Assembly: GCA_965116475.1 (NCBI GenBank)
Contig: OZ220691.1
Location: 2,336,001-2,400,000, forward strand
DNA: 64,000 bases
Source of the DNA: Gemmatimonadota bacterium
GTDB taxonomy: Bacteria; Gemmatimonadota; Gemmatimonadetes; Palauibacterales; Palauibacteraceae
Reading direction: 5' to 3'
Positions 44,390 to 54,384 of this stretch are shown here, piece by piece. The stretch's first letter is position 1. Every line of letters begins with the position of its first letter. The notes below the pieces were generated by a model. It ran no database searches. It was not told the DNA's origin and worked only from the letters and a program-made list of their open reading frames with translations. The position numbers and the translations under genes are program-made.

Positions 44390-46641
44390 GTGAGCGCGCC
44401 TCCCTCCGTGAAGGTGCGCTGCTGCACCTGCCGCCGCCGCGCGAGCCGCAACACGCCGACGAGGACGAAGAGCAGCGGGACGCCGGCCAGGTTCCCGTAC
44501 CGGGTCAGATCCGGGAGCCATTCGTTCGGGAAGAGGAGGAGCGGCGGCGCGCGGTCCTTGGACCGGATCGAGATCAGCGCCTCGTCCTGCGCGAGCCAGT
44601 CGATCGCGTTCTGGAAGAAGATCATCCCGGCCAGCCCGGCCATCGATTGCGACAGCGTCTCGTCGTGGATGAGCGACGAGGAGCCCGCGAGGACGATGCG
44701 GCCCCCGCCCGGCTGCGTGTAGGCCAGGGCGAGCGTCTCCATCGCCACGTCTTCCTCGGAGAGCTGTCCATCCGGTGCGATGACAGTTTCCCAGTCCTGC
44801 ATCGCGTCGATCGAGAGCGGGGTCCCCAGTCGTCCGCCACCCTCCGACGTCGTGAGCAGCGGGGTGACCAGGGTGCTGTCTTCGACCTCGACGAGGAGCG
44901 GGCTTCCGAACCGGATGGGCACGTTCGCCACGCCCTCCACGATCACGTGCCCGGAGGCCGGCTGGGCGAGCGTCCACAGGGGATATGGCAGGACAACGGC
45001 GCCGAGGTTGGACGGGACCTGCACCCGTTCGTTGAGCAGATAGTCGAAAGCCATCGACGGGACGATGCCGAGCCCCCGCGCCTGCAGCAGCGAATCGAGC
45101 GCCGGGTCGAAGGTCGGGCCCGCGTAGCGCGCCTGCATGTCCGCCGTCACGCCCGACTTGAGGACGAACAGGCTCCCGCCGTCGTCGACGAAGCGGCTCA
45201 GGATCTCGCCCGCCGCGGGCTCCAGCGGCATCTGGCCGCCCGCGATCACGAGTACATCGATCGAATCCGGCACCGCGACGGTCGCCGAGTCGACGCGGAA
45301 CTCCATCAGGTCGTACTCCAGGGCGAGGCGGCCGCGGGCGAGCCGAAGTCCCTGGTCGAGACTCAGTTCGCCGTGCCCGGTCAGGATCCCGATCATGGGG
45401 CGCTCCGGCCGCGTGAGGGCGCGGATCATCGAGGCGAGACGGTACTCGAGGTCCGCCGTCTGCCGGATGAACGGAATCGTCTGGCTCTCGCCGGCGTACT
45501 GTATCGCGAGCGCGAAGTAGCGCTCCTGGTACGACACCTCGTCATCGGCCATGACCTGGAAGGGCACGGGGCGGATGCCGAGCAGCCCCGCCTCCTCCTG
45601 CGCGTCCGGGTCCTCGTCGGGGTCGAGGCGCACGAGGTTCACGTTGGGGCCGCCGGTCGCGTCGAGATCCCGGAGGAGATCGTCCACGTCCCGGCCCACG
45701 GCCGCGAGTTGGGCCGGCAGTTCGGCGGACTGGAAGAGCTTGAGCGTGACGAGGTCGTCCACGCCGCGCAGCAGATCGGCCGTCGGCGGGGACAGCGTGT
45801 AGACCTTGCCGGGCGTGAGGTCGAGCCGGCCGCGCACCTGGGCGCCCGCCAGCGCGGCGAAGATCGCGATCCCGACGAGCCCGAGCACGCCCACGCGCAG
45901 CCGCCCGTACGCCGGCCGTTGGCGGCTCAGGCGTTCGCGCATGACGGAGAAGTAGGTGAGCGAGAGGAACGCCGTCCCGAGCGCCGCGAAGTACAGGACG
46001 TCCCGCAGGTCGATCACGCCCCGCGCCACGTTCGAGAAGTGCCCGAGCACGCCGAGACGCGCCGCCACCGCCGCGAGCGGGCCGGGGAGGGAGAGGGTGA
46101 CCGTGGGGAGTCCGATGAGGTAGAGCGCGAAGCTGACCGTGACCCCGATGATGAACGCGGTCACCTGGTTTCTCGTGAGCGACGACGCCCACAGGCCCAC
46201 CGCGATGAGGGCCGATATGAGGAACATCGACCCCAGGTACTGGGAGAAGACCACACCCCACTGGAGATCGGCGCCCAACGTGAGGCCGAGCGGGATGCCG
46301 AGCGTCCCCGCCATGGCGATCCCCAGGAAGAAGAGGACGCCGAGGAACTTGCCGAGCAGGAACTCGACGACCTGGATCGGCTGCGCGAGCACGAGTTCGA
46401 GCGTCCCCGCGTTCCGCTCCTCCGCGAACGACCGCATGCAGACGGCCGGAATGAAGAAGAGCAGGAGCCAGGGAAGGAGCGACAGCATCGGCCGCAGCGA
46501 CGCCTCGCCCAGGAGGTAGGCCTCCTGAAAGTAGAAATAGAAGTTGATCCCGAGGAAGATGACGAGGAGGATGTAGGCGGTCGCGTGGTCGAAGTAGCCC
46601 GCGAACTCGCGCTTCGCGACGGTGAGGATGCGGCCGATCAT
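44386..46641 (-). CDS. Fused ABC-2 permease / GldG-like auxiliary protein
   Basis: AKREFAGYF, MRSFAEERNAGTLEL, TRNQVTAF, RGVIDLRD; LDLT..KVYTLS, GHGE, FFQNAIDWL. Confidence 0.88.
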   Translation of the reverse strand: MIGRILTVAKREFAGYFDHATAYILLVIFLGINFYFYFQEAYLLGEASLRPMLSLLPWLLLFFIPAVCMRSFAEERNAGTLELVLAQPIQVVEFLLGKFLGVLFFLGIAMAGTLGIPLGLTLGADLQWGVVFSQYLGSMFLISALIAVGLWASSLTRNQVTAFIIGVTVSFALYLIGLPTVTLSLPGPLAAVAARLGVLGHFSNVARGVIDLRDVLYFAALGTAFLSLTYFSVMRERLSRQRPAYGRLRVGVLGLVGIAIFAALAGAQVRGRLDLTPGKVYTLSPPTADLLRGVDDLVTLKLFQSAELPAQLAAVGRDVDDLLRDLDATGGPNVNLVRLDPDEDPDAQEEAGLLGIRPVPFQVMADDEVSYQERYFALAIQYAGESQTIPFIRQTADLEYRLASMIRALTRPERPMIGILTGHGELSLDQGLRLARGRLALEYDLMEFRVDSATVAVPDSIDVLVIAGGQMPLEPAAGEILSRFVDDGGSLFVLKSGVTADMQARYAGPTFDPALDSLLQARGLGIVPSMAFDYLLNERVQVPSNLGAVVLPYPLWTLAQPASGHVIVEGVANVPIRFGSPLLVEVEDSTLVTPLLTTSEGGGRLGTPLSIDAMQDWETVIAPDGQLSEEDVAMETLALAYTQPGGGRIVLAGSSSLIHDETLSQSMAGLAGMIFFQNAIDWLAQDEALISIRSKDRAPPLLLFPNEWLPDLTRYGNLAGVPLLFVLVGVLRLARRRQVQQRTFTEGGALT

Positions 46642-47657
46642 CCGTCCACCTCCTCGCCGGCTTCGGTCGTCTCGTCGGTCGTCGCGTCAGCTTCGCCGCC
46701 GGCCTCGTCGGCCGGTCCCGCGCTCTCGGCGGTGAGCCGGTGGAAGAGATCCTCGAGGCTCGCCTGGGCGAGGTGCAGTTCCCACAGCGGCCAGTCCCGC
46801 GCCGCGGCGAGTCGCGAGATGTCCGGCCGCGGGTCCTGGCCGGGCGCGCCCTCGACGGCGAACCGGGCGCGCCCGCCCGCGTCCGCCTCGACGGCGTCGG
46901 CCCGGGCCACGGAGGAGAGACCGCCCATGGCCTCCGTGGCGGCGTCCGCCGGAGCTTCCAGTTCGACCATCACCCGGGCGCCCCCATGTCCGGCGACGAG
47001 CGCATCGACGGAGCCATCGGCGACGATGCGTCCCTCGTTGATGATGACGACGCGCGAACACGTCTTCCTGACCTCCTGCATCACGTGCGTGCTCAGGAGG
47101 ACGGTGCGGTCGCTCCCCACGTCGCGGATGAGGCTGCGGATCTCGACGCGCTGGTTCGGGTCGAGTCCCTCGGTCGGTTCGTCGAGGATGAGGATCTCCG
47201 GCTGCGAGAGGATGGCCTGGGCGAGGCCGACGCGCTGCCGGTACCCCTTCGAGAGCTGGTTGATGGGGCGGTAGTAGACGGCTTCGATGCCGGTCTGCGT
47301 GACGACATCATCGGTCCGCGCGCGGATCTCGGCGGCGCTCATCCCGCGCAGCCGGCCCATGAACGTGATGTACTCGCCGGCGAGCATGTCCCGGTACAGG
47401 GGGTTCGTCTCGGGCAGGTAGCCGATGCGGCGCCGCAGTTCGACCGGGTGGTCCTCGATGGACAGGCCATCGATCGAGATCGTGCCCCCATCGGGTTCGA
47501 GGTACTGCGTGAGAAGCCGCATGGTGGTCGTCTTGCCCGCGCCGTTGGGCCCGAGGAAGCCGACGACTTCGCCGCGGTCGATCGAGAACGTCGCGGAATC
47601 GACCGCGACCGTCTCGCCGAACGTCTTCACGACATCGGTCAGCGATACGAGTGACAT
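46638..47657 (-). CDS. ABC transporter ATP-binding protein (GldA-like)
   Basis: GPNGAGKTT, LSKGYRQRVGLAQA, LILDEPTEGLDPNQ, LSTH. Confidence 0.92.
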   Translation of the reverse strand: MSLVSLTDVVKTFGETVAVDSATFSIDRGEVVGFLGPNGAGKTTTMRLLTQYLEPDGGTISIDGLSIEDHPVELRRRIGYLPETNPLYRDMLAGEYITFMGRLRGMSAAEIRARTDDVVTQTGIEAVYYRPINQLSKGYRQRVGLAQAILSQPEILILDEPTEGLDPNQRVEIRSLIRDVGSDRTVLLSTHVMQEVRKTCSRVVIINEGRIVADGSVDALVAGHGGARVMVELEAPADAATEAMGGLSSVARADAVEADAGGRARFAVEGAPGQDPRPDISRLAAARDWPLWELHLAQASLEDLFHRLTAESAGPADEAGGEADATTDETTEAGEEVDG

Positions 47658-47886
47658 GCGAGTGACATCGGATCCGGGTTGGAGTGTGATAACCGCCCGC
47701 AGTCGACGGGACGTCGCCGGGCGAACCCGCCGATGGACAGCCGGGCGGGGTCGAATCGTTGCCCGCGCCGTGGCCACGTTCCTGGCCGTCTCCCAACGGG
47801 GCGGGAAAGGTAGATAGGGGGCGGTGCGAGTCAAGCGCCGCCCGGGATCGCAGACAGACGGACTGCGCGGGTGTAGCTTCCCCGGC

Positions 47887-49827
47887 ATGAACGTATTCCT
47901 CGACGCGGGCCGGCGGATCCTGGGACTCTGCCTCGTCGTGCTTGTCGCCGTCCCCGTGTTCCTGATCCTCGATCCCGACGGATCCACGACTCCGCTCGAT
48001 GTACCCATGCGCCGCGCGGGGCTGGAGTACTGGTCACACACGTGGGGCGCGTCGACCGCTGTCTGGACCCTCCTCGTCGTTGGAGGCGCCATCCTTGCCG
48101 GGTGGTTCGGGAAGGGGAGCGTGTCCCGCACCCTGTCCCGGATCGGCCAGGCCATCACGCGTCCGCCCACGTGGTCCGTGGCTGCCTTCATGGGGCTTCT
48201 CGGTGCCGCGCTCACGGCTGCGGTGGCGATCGTGGTCTTCGACGGGCGCCCGCTCTTCAACGACGCGAGCGTGCAACTCGTCCAGGCTCGCTACTTTGCC
48301 GGCGGGAAGCTCTCCGGGCCTCCTCTCGCGACGCCCGAGTTCTGGACGATTCAGTTCATGGTGCAAACGGCGGCCGGATGGGTGTCCCAGTATCCCCCGG
48401 CCCACGCCCTGTGGCTTGCTGGCGGCATGAAGCTCGGTGGTCCGGGGATCGCGGTGGCGGCGGCCATGGGCATGCTCGGCGTCTTCTCCGTCCTCTCGTT
48501 CGAGCGCCTGCTGCCCGGTCGGATCGCGGTCGCCCGCCTCGGCGCCCTGCTCGCCGTCACGAGTCCCATGCTGCTGGCCCTCGCCGGGACCTACATGAAC
48601 CACGCCACGGTCGCGGCCTTCGCCACGCTCGCCCTCTGGCTGTCGCTCCGGGCCGAGACGGGCCGGGCCGTGTGGGCGCTGGCGGCGGGCGGCGCGATGG
48701 GCTTCATGGTCACGACGCGCCCCATCTCCGGCCTGCTCATCGGCGCCGCCGTGACGGCCGGCGTATGGCTCACCACGCCGCGGCAGGAACCGGGCCTGCA
48801 CCGGCCGTGGCTTCTGCGCCGCTTCGCCTGGTGGGCGCTGGGCGGCCTCCCGTTCGCGGTCGGGTTCGCCTGGTTCAACGCCCGCTTCTTCGGCAGCCCG
48901 CTCACCCTCGGCTACACGGCCGCCGCCGGCCCCAGCCACGGCCTCGGCTTCCACGTCGACCCCTGGGGCCGCATGTACGGGTTCACGCAGGCGCTCGGCT
49001 ATACGTCGACCGAACTTATTTCGCTCGGGCGCGAACTCCTCGGGACCGTGCTGCCGGTTGCCGTGCTCATCGGACTCTACCTCCTTCTGGCGCGTCGCCT
49101 GGAGCGCGGCGAGCGCATCCTGGCCGCGTGGGCACTGCTACCCGTCCTGGCGAGCGCGCTGTACTGGCATCACGACCTCATCGTCGGCCCCCGCATGCTC
49201 GGCGAGGCCGTCCCCGCCTGGTGCGCGCTCCTCGTGCTGGCGACGGTCGGCCTCGCGCGCACAATCCGTCGCGGCTGGCTCTCTGACGCGGTGGCCGTAC
49301 TCGTCCTCATCGCCATCGGTTACGGTCTCGCAGCGGGGGGGCAGGGGCGTGTCGTGCGCCTGACCGGCCGTCTCGCGCCCGTTCCCGAGGTCACGGAGCC
49401 CGGCCCGTCGCTCGTGTTCGTGCACGAATCCTGGCAGGACCGGATCGGAGCCCGGCTCGCCGCCCGGCCCATGCGCCTCGACAGCGTGCGCGCGCTCATC
49501 AACCAGTTCGATCCGTGCCGCCTGGAGGGCGCCCTCGTGGGCGCGCAGCGGCCGGAAGAAGTAGAGGACCGGTGCCGGCGGGAACTCGCATCCGATCGGC
49601 TCAGGTGGCTCGGCCTCACCGACTACCTGTGGCTCGGCGACCTGCCCGGCCTCGGCGACTCGGGTGTGCTATGGGCTCGGGATCTCGGCCCCGAGGCGAA
49701 CGCGCGCCTCATCGACGCATACCCCGACCGAACCTCCTTCTTCGTGCTCCCGGACGGAGCGGGCGGCGGCCAGGTCGTCCCCTACGAGACCGGCGTCTAC
49801 GCCCTCTGGGGCCCTTCCCCCCCGTAA
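47887..49827 (+). CDS. Polytopic membrane protein, GT-C (ArnT/PMT-like) glycosyltransferase candidate
   Basis: Many TM segments; NDASVQLVQA, SQYPP, YMNH, TRP, GSPLTLGY, GPR motifs. Confidence 0.68.
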   Translation: MNVFLDAGRRILGLCLVVLVAVPVFLILDPDGSTTPLDVPMRRAGLEYWSHTWGASTAVWTLLVVGGAILAGWFGKGSVSRTLSRIGQAITRPPTWSVAAFMGLLGAALTAAVAIVVFDGRPLFNDASVQLVQARYFAGGKLSGPPLATPEFWTIQFMVQTAAGWVSQYPPAHALWLAGGMKLGGPGIAVAAAMGMLGVFSVLSFERLLPGRIAVARLGALLAVTSPMLLALAGTYMNHATVAAFATLALWLSLRAETGRAVWALAAGGAMGFMVTTRPISGLLIGAAVTAGVWLTTPRQEPGLHRPWLLRRFAWWALGGLPFAVGFAWFNARFFGSPLTLGYTAAAGPSHGLGFHVDPWGRMYGFTQALGYTSTELISLGRELLGTVLPVAVLIGLYLLLARRLERGERILAAWALLPVLASALYWHHDLIVGPRMLGEAVPAWCALLVLATVGLARTIRRGWLSDAVAVLVLIAIGYGLAAGGQGRVVRLTGRLAPVPEVTEPGPSLVFVHESWQDRIGARLAARPMRLDSVRALINQFDPCRLEGALVGAQRPEEVEDRCRRELASDRLRWLGLTDYLWLGDLPGLGDSGVLWARDLGPEANARLIDAYPDRTSFFVLPDGAGGGQVVPYETGVYALWGPSPP

Positions 49828-49887
49828 CAGCCGGCGCAAGAGTTCCGCCGCGTTCAGAAGAGTGCCTCGAATGGCCGGGCGATCTAC

Positions 49888-50304
49888 TCAGGCATGGGAT
49901 GCCGGCGCCGTTGGGACGACGAGTTCGAGTTCCGTATGGCGGGCGATCGTGTCGAAGTCGCGATTCCGGGCCAGCAGCGGGCGACGCGCATCCAGGGCCG
50001 CGGCGGCGACGAGGCAATCTACCAGGGACCGAATCGTACGTCCCGCCCGCTGACACGTGCGGTAGATCTGCGCCGCACGCTGGAACTGGCCCAGCGAGTC
50101 GGGGACCAGGATCTCGGAGCGGCCAAGCAGCTTCAACAGATCCCGCTGCTCGGTCTCGTTGCGACAGCCTGCAAGGAGTTCCATGACCACGGGAGCGGGC
50201 GTGGCGATCGCGTTTCCAGCTCGTACGGCGTCGTCAAGGCAGAGGTCGAAGGGGCTCTCTGTCCGGCGCAGGTACTCGATCCACGCGGACGTGTCGACGA
50301 TCAC
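49888..50304 (-). CDS. vapC: PIN-domain (VapC) toxin
   Basis: [40 protein letters not shown] overlap with the antitoxin. Confidence 0.88.
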   Translation of the reverse strand: MIVDTSAWIEYLRRTESPFDLCLDDAVRAGNAIATPAPVVMELLAGCRNETEQRDLLKLLGRSEILVPDSLGQFQRAAQIYRTCQRAGRTIRSLVDCLVAAAALDARRPLLARNRDFDTIARHTELELVVPTAPASHA

Positions 50305-50717
50305 AGGGGCTCGACCGTGTCGCCGTCTCGCATTTCGTCCAGATTCCCCGCCCATCCCACGCCGCGCATGGCGAGCGCCTCCTCCTTGGTCATCGGGACG
50401 AAAGACTGGCGGAACACCGCTTCCTTCACAGCCGCCGACCAATTGGTTCGTCCGTACCGCTTGCGTACCGCCTCCAGCTCGCGCTCGGGCAACCTTACTT
50501 CCAGATTGACGAACCGCAGGCCGGCGGACTCGTCGGCGCCGTATCGTGGCTCCGCCTCGCGCACGGCGAAGACGGAGCCGCCCCTCAGCTCGCGCTCCCG
50601 CGCCTCGCGCAGCGCCCGCCGGACCCACGCGGACACCGTGACGCGGTTGCGCCGCGCCGCATCGCGGATCTCATCCAGCTCCGCCTCCGGCATCACCACC
50701 TGCAGTCGCGTACTCAT
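50301..50717 (-). CDS. vapB: VapB-like antitoxin with an additional N-terminal ribbon-helix-helix
   Basis: [12 protein letters not shown]...[10 protein letters not shown]; second domain NLEVRL...RKRYG...[23 protein letters not shown]. Confidence 0.75.
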   Translation of the reverse strand: MSTRLQVVMPEAELDEIRDAARRNRVTVSAWVRRALREARERELRGGSVFAVREAEPRYGADESAGLRFVNLEVRLPERELEAVRKRYGRTNWSAAVKEAVFRQSFVPMTKEEALAMRGVGWAGNLDEMRDGDTVEPL

Positions 50718-50731
50718 GATATAAGTATATC
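50718..50731 (-). promoter_or_regulatory. Putative -10 box (TATACT) inside a palindromic operator; leaderless vapBC promoter
   Basis: TATACT 6 nt upstream of ATG 50717; GATATA-AG-TATATC palindrome; no Shine-Dalgarno. Confidence 0.6.
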
Positions 50732-50837
50732 GTACTCACGCCTTGTCACGCCACACGAAGAGACGCCGGAGCGTGGCGGCGATGGCGGGACCTCCACAAC
50801 TTCGAGGAGGACCGCAACTTCACCTGGCAGGAGGGCT

Positions 50838-52127
50838 ATGCGCATCTCGCGTTGCAGATCTGCGGCATCGGCGGTCGCGGTCGCTCTCGTTTTGCTCGCC
50901 GGCGCGGTCGACGGGCAGGACCGGCCGCTCTCGGCCGACTTCCCCGAGGTGTATCGTGTCGGGGGCTTTGACGCGCCCGAATGGGCGGAGTTCGCCGGCG
51001 CGCCGATGGTGGCATTCGACGCGGCGGGCCGCCTGTACGTCCAGGAGAGTTCCGCCATGTCCGCCGTCCTGGGCGGTTCCGCCGGGCCCGTGGTCGTAAT
51101 CGATCCGAGCGGAAGCCTGATCCGGACCATCGGACGGCAGGGGGAAGGACCCGGCGAGTTCGACGAGCCCCGCGGGCTCGCGGTCTGGCGGGACGGTCGG
51201 CTGGCCGTCGCGGATGCCGGCCACAACGCCTACCAGTTGTTCACTCCCGATGGCGAGTTCGAGCGGCTCATCCGCATGCGGGGCGGATCCGACGGGTTCA
51301 GCGGTTTAGTGAACGCGCCTTCCCGTCTGCGGCCCGATCCCGCGGGGCTGGCTCTCGTCGCACAGGGCGTCTCGTCGGGGCAAAGCGCGTTCGCGAGTGC
51401 CGTCGGCAGAATGTTCGGGGCGGAAGGGGCGGAGGAGGGCCGGGTGGACGACCGGGGGCTCGAACGCCTCCGGCTCGATGGCGAAGGCGTGGTCGCCGAG
51501 ACGATCCTCGAAGGATGGCGTCCCGCCGCTGACGACGACGGGCAGGAGTCGCCCCTCGATCTCTCGGACCCCTCGTCGATCATAGGCACCATCATGGGAG
51601 GCGAGAGGTGGTTCGAACCCGAGTTGCTGTGGGATATTCTGCCTGACGGCGGGATCGTCTACTCGGACTCCACCGCCTACAGGATCCGGGTGATGGATCC
51701 CGCGGGGCGCGTGATACGGACCCTGACCCGCCCCTTTGCCCCGAAGCCCGTCACGCGCGGGGTCCGCTCCGCCATGCGCGACCGCTCGCTGGCGAGGCTC
51801 TCCGGGGGGGACGGAGGCGACATGCAGGCGGCGCTCCGCGAACAGATCGGGAACCGCGGGTTCATGGACGAGATTCCCGTGCTTTCGGTGCTGCGGACGA
51901 CGTGGGACGGCGCGCTGTGGATTCAGCGGCGCGGCGAGGAGCCGTGGGACGAGGACGGCCCGATCGACGTGATGCGCGCGGATGGTGGGTATGTCGGCTC
52001 GTTCGCCGCCGGAGCGACGGACATGCCGGGCGCCTTCGGACCGGACGGCCTCGTCGCCTTCGTCGAACGCGACGAACTCGACATCCCGAGCATCGTGGTC
52101 CGGAGGATCCCTGCCGAGGTTCGCTGA
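50838..52127 (+). CDS. Secreted six-bladed beta-propeller protein
   Basis: GGAGG RBS; signal peptide; IGRQGEGPGEFDEP, YSDSTAYRI, GAFGPDGLVAFVERDELDIPSIVV. Confidence 0.8.
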   Translation: MRISRCRSAASAVAVALVLLAGAVDGQDRPLSADFPEVYRVGGFDAPEWAEFAGAPMVAFDAAGRLYVQESSAMSAVLGGSAGPVVVIDPSGSLIRTIGRQGEGPGEFDEPRGLAVWRDGRLAVADAGHNAYQLFTPDGEFERLIRMRGGSDGFSGLVNAPSRLRPDPAGLALVAQGVSSGQSAFASAVGRMFGAEGAEEGRVDDRGLERLRLDGEGVVAETILEGWRPAADDDGQESPLDLSDPSSIIGTIMGGERWFEPELLWDILPDGGIVYSDSTAYRIRVMDPAGRVIRTLTRPFAPKPVTRGVRSAMRDRSLARLSGGDGGDMQAALREQIGNRGFMDEIPVLSVLRTTWDGALWIQRRGEEPWDEDGPIDVMRADGGYVGSFAAGATDMPGAFGPDGLVAFVERDELDIPSIVVRRIPAEVR

Positions 52128-52180
52128 CCGCTCTCCGCGCCGACGCCGGGTCTTGCGACGGGCTGCCTACGACGGGCTGC

Positions 52181-53179
52181 TTACGAGAAGGCGGCGTCGA
52201 AGGCGGCGGCGGAGGGGGGGAAGGTCAGGGCGCGGAGCCGCTCGCAGGCTTCCTGTGCCCCGTGCTCGCGGTCCATGCCGCTGTCCTCCCACTCGATCGA
52301 GAGGGGGCCGTTGTAGCCGACCCGGTCGAGGGCGCGCAGGACCTCCTCGAAGTCGATGCGACCGCGCCCGATGGAACGGAAGTCCCAGCCCCGGTCGGCG
52401 TGCCCGAAGTCGAGGTGGCCGCCGAAGACGCCGGAGCGGCGCGGGGTGTCGGACCACCACACGTCCTTCATGTGCGCGTGGTGAATGCGGTCGCCGAATT
52501 CGAGGATGAAGCCGACGTAGTCCACGCCCTGGTAGGCGAGGTGGCTGGGGTCGTAGTTGAAGCCGAACGCGGCGTGCCCCGCCACGGCCTCCACCGCCCG
52601 CGCCGCGCTGGCGGCGTCAAAGGCGATCTCCGTCGGATGTACCTCGAGGGCGAACTTCACGCCGGCCGCGTCGAAGGCGTCGAGGATCGGGGTCCAGCGG
52701 TCGGCGAAGTCGGTGAAGCCGGCCTCCACGAAGCGCGGCGGGTGCGGGGGGAAGGCGTATGCGGCGGCCCAGATCGAGCTGCCGGTGAAGCCGTTCACGA
52801 CCGGGACGCCGAGCGCAGCCGCCGCGGCAGCCGACCGGCTCATTTCGGCCGCGGCCCGCCGCCGCACGGCCTCGGGGTCGCCGTCGCCCCACACGCGCTC
52901 CGGCAGGATGAGCTGGTGGCGGGCGTCGATCGGATCGCACACGGCCTGGCCGACGAGGTGGTTGGAGATCGCGTGCACTTCCAGGCCGTGGGCCGCCAGC
53001 AGGTCGCGCCGCCCGGCCGCGTAGCCGTCCTCCTCCGTCGCCCGCACGACGTCGAAGTGGTCCCCCCAGCAGGCCAGCTCGAGCCCGTCGTAGCCCCACG
53101 CCGCCGCCTTCCCGGCGAGCGTCGCCAGCGGCATGTCCGCCCACTGACCGGTGAACAGCGTGATCGGTCGTGCACTCAT
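52181..53179 (-). CDS. Sugar phosphate isomerase/epimerase (xylose-isomerase-like TIM barrel)
   Basis: [52 protein letters not shown]. Confidence 0.9.
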   Translation of the reverse strand: MSARPITLFTGQWADMPLATLAGKAAAWGYDGLELACWGDHFDVVRATEEDGYAAGRRDLLAAHGLEVHAISNHLVGQAVCDPIDARHQLILPERVWGDGDPEAVRRRAAAEMSRSAAAAAALGVPVVNGFTGSSIWAAAYAFPPHPPRFVEAGFTDFADRWTPILDAFDAAGVKFALEVHPTEIAFDAASAARAVEAVAGHAAFGFNYDPSHLAYQGVDYVGFILEFGDRIHHAHMKDVWWSDTPRRSGVFGGHLDFGHADRGWDFRSIGRGRIDFEEVLRALDRVGYNGPLSIEWEDSGMDREHGAQEACERLRALTFPPSAAAFDAAFS

Positions 53180-54384
53180 CGCGTCGACTCCTCGCGCTCG
53201 TCAGGCTCGTCAGGCGGCTCTCCCGGCGGTTCGTAGCGCGCGTCCACCCACGCGCCGCGCCGCCCGCTCTCCACCGCCCGCTCAAGGAAATGAACCCCGC
53301 GCGCCCCGTCCCACACGGTGGGGAAGTCGAGCTTCGCCCCGTCCGGCGTCCGCCCCTCGTCGAGCGCGCCGATGGTCGAGATCACGTTTCTGTACAGGTT
53401 CCCGAACCCCTCGATGAACCCCTCTGGATGTCCCGGCGGGACCCGCGAGGCCCGGGCAGCCTCGGGCGAGATCCAGCCGTGACCCCGGCGCCGCGCCCGG
53501 GCCTGCCCGTCCGGCGTCCGGTGCCACAGCGTCTCCGCGTCGTCGTGCCGCCAGGCGATCGAGCCCTCGCTCCCGAACACGCGGATCGCGAGCCCGTTCT
53601 CCTCGCCCGCCGCCACCTGCGACACCGTGAGCGTCCCCCGCGCGCCACCGTTCCAGCGCATGAGCAGGCTCGCGTCGTCCTCGAGGCGCCGGCCCGGCAC
53701 GAACGTCGTCAGCTCGCCGCACAGCGCCTCGACCTCCAGCCCGGTCACGTAGCGGGCCAGGTGGTGCGCGTGCGTCCCGATGTCCCCCAGCGCGCCGGCC
53801 ACGCCCGCCCGCGTCGGGTCGGTGCGCCACGCCGCCTGCGGGTGCCCCGTCTCCTCCAGCGGCGTCGCCAGCCACCCCTGGAAGTACTCGAGTTGAATGC
53901 GGCGGATCTCCCCGAGCGTCCCGCCGCGCACGAGGTGGCGTGCATCCTTGATCATCGGATAGCCACCGTAGTTGTGCGTGAGGGCGAAGACGCGATCCGC
54001 GGCCGCTACGAGCCGGCACAGCGCTTCCGCGTCCCCGAGGTCCGTGGTCAACGGCTTGTCGCACACCACGTGGAAGCCCGCCTCGAGGAAGGTCCGCGCC
54101 ACGTCGAAGTGTAGGTGGTTGGGCGTGACGACGATCACGAAGTCCAGCCGGTCGTCCCCGGCGCGCGCCGCCTCGGCCTCCGCCATCTCCGCGTAGCTGC
54201 CGTACACGCGGTCCGGGTCCAGACCGATCTCGGCCCCCTTCGCCGCCGACCGCTCCGCGTCCGACGAGAAGGCGCCGGCCGCGATCCGCGCGAGACCGTC
54301 CAGTTCCGCGGCCATCCGGTGCACGTCTCCGATGAAGGCGCCGGGTCCGCCCCCCACCATCCCGTAGCTGAGGCGTCGCCTCAT
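53176..54384 (-). CDS. Gfo/Idh/MocA-family oxidoreductase
   Basis: [47 protein letters not shown]. Confidence 0.92.
   Translation of the reverse strand: MRRRLSYGMVGGGPGAFIGDVHRMAAELDGLARIAAGAFSSDAERSAAKGAEIGLDPDRVYGSYAEMAEAEAARAGDDRLDFVIVVTPNHLHFDVARTFLEAGFHVVCDKPLTTDLGDAEALCRLVAAADRVFALTHNYGGYPMIKDARHLVRGGTLGEIRRIQLEYFQGWLATPLEETGHPQAAWRTDPTRAGVAGALGDIGTHAHHLARYVTGLEVEALCGELTTFVPGRRLEDDASLLMRWNGGARGTLTVSQVAAGEENGLAIRVFGSEGSIAWRHDDAETLWHRTPDGQARARRRGHGWISPEAARASRVPPGHPEGFIEGFGNLYRNVISTIGALDEGRTPDGAKLDFPTVWDGARGVHFLERAVESGRRGAWVDARYEPPGEPPDEPDEREESTR

Noticed and set aside
43394..44722. ORFs starting inside the inverted-repeat arms (MAKP...)
   Set aside because: Artefacts of the palindromic arms; antisense to the DUF4340 gene and fumC.
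43451..47657. Gliding motility machinery
   Set aside because: GldA/F/G-like ABC plus DUF4340 operons are widespread in non-gliding bacteria; no gldK-N or spr genes here.
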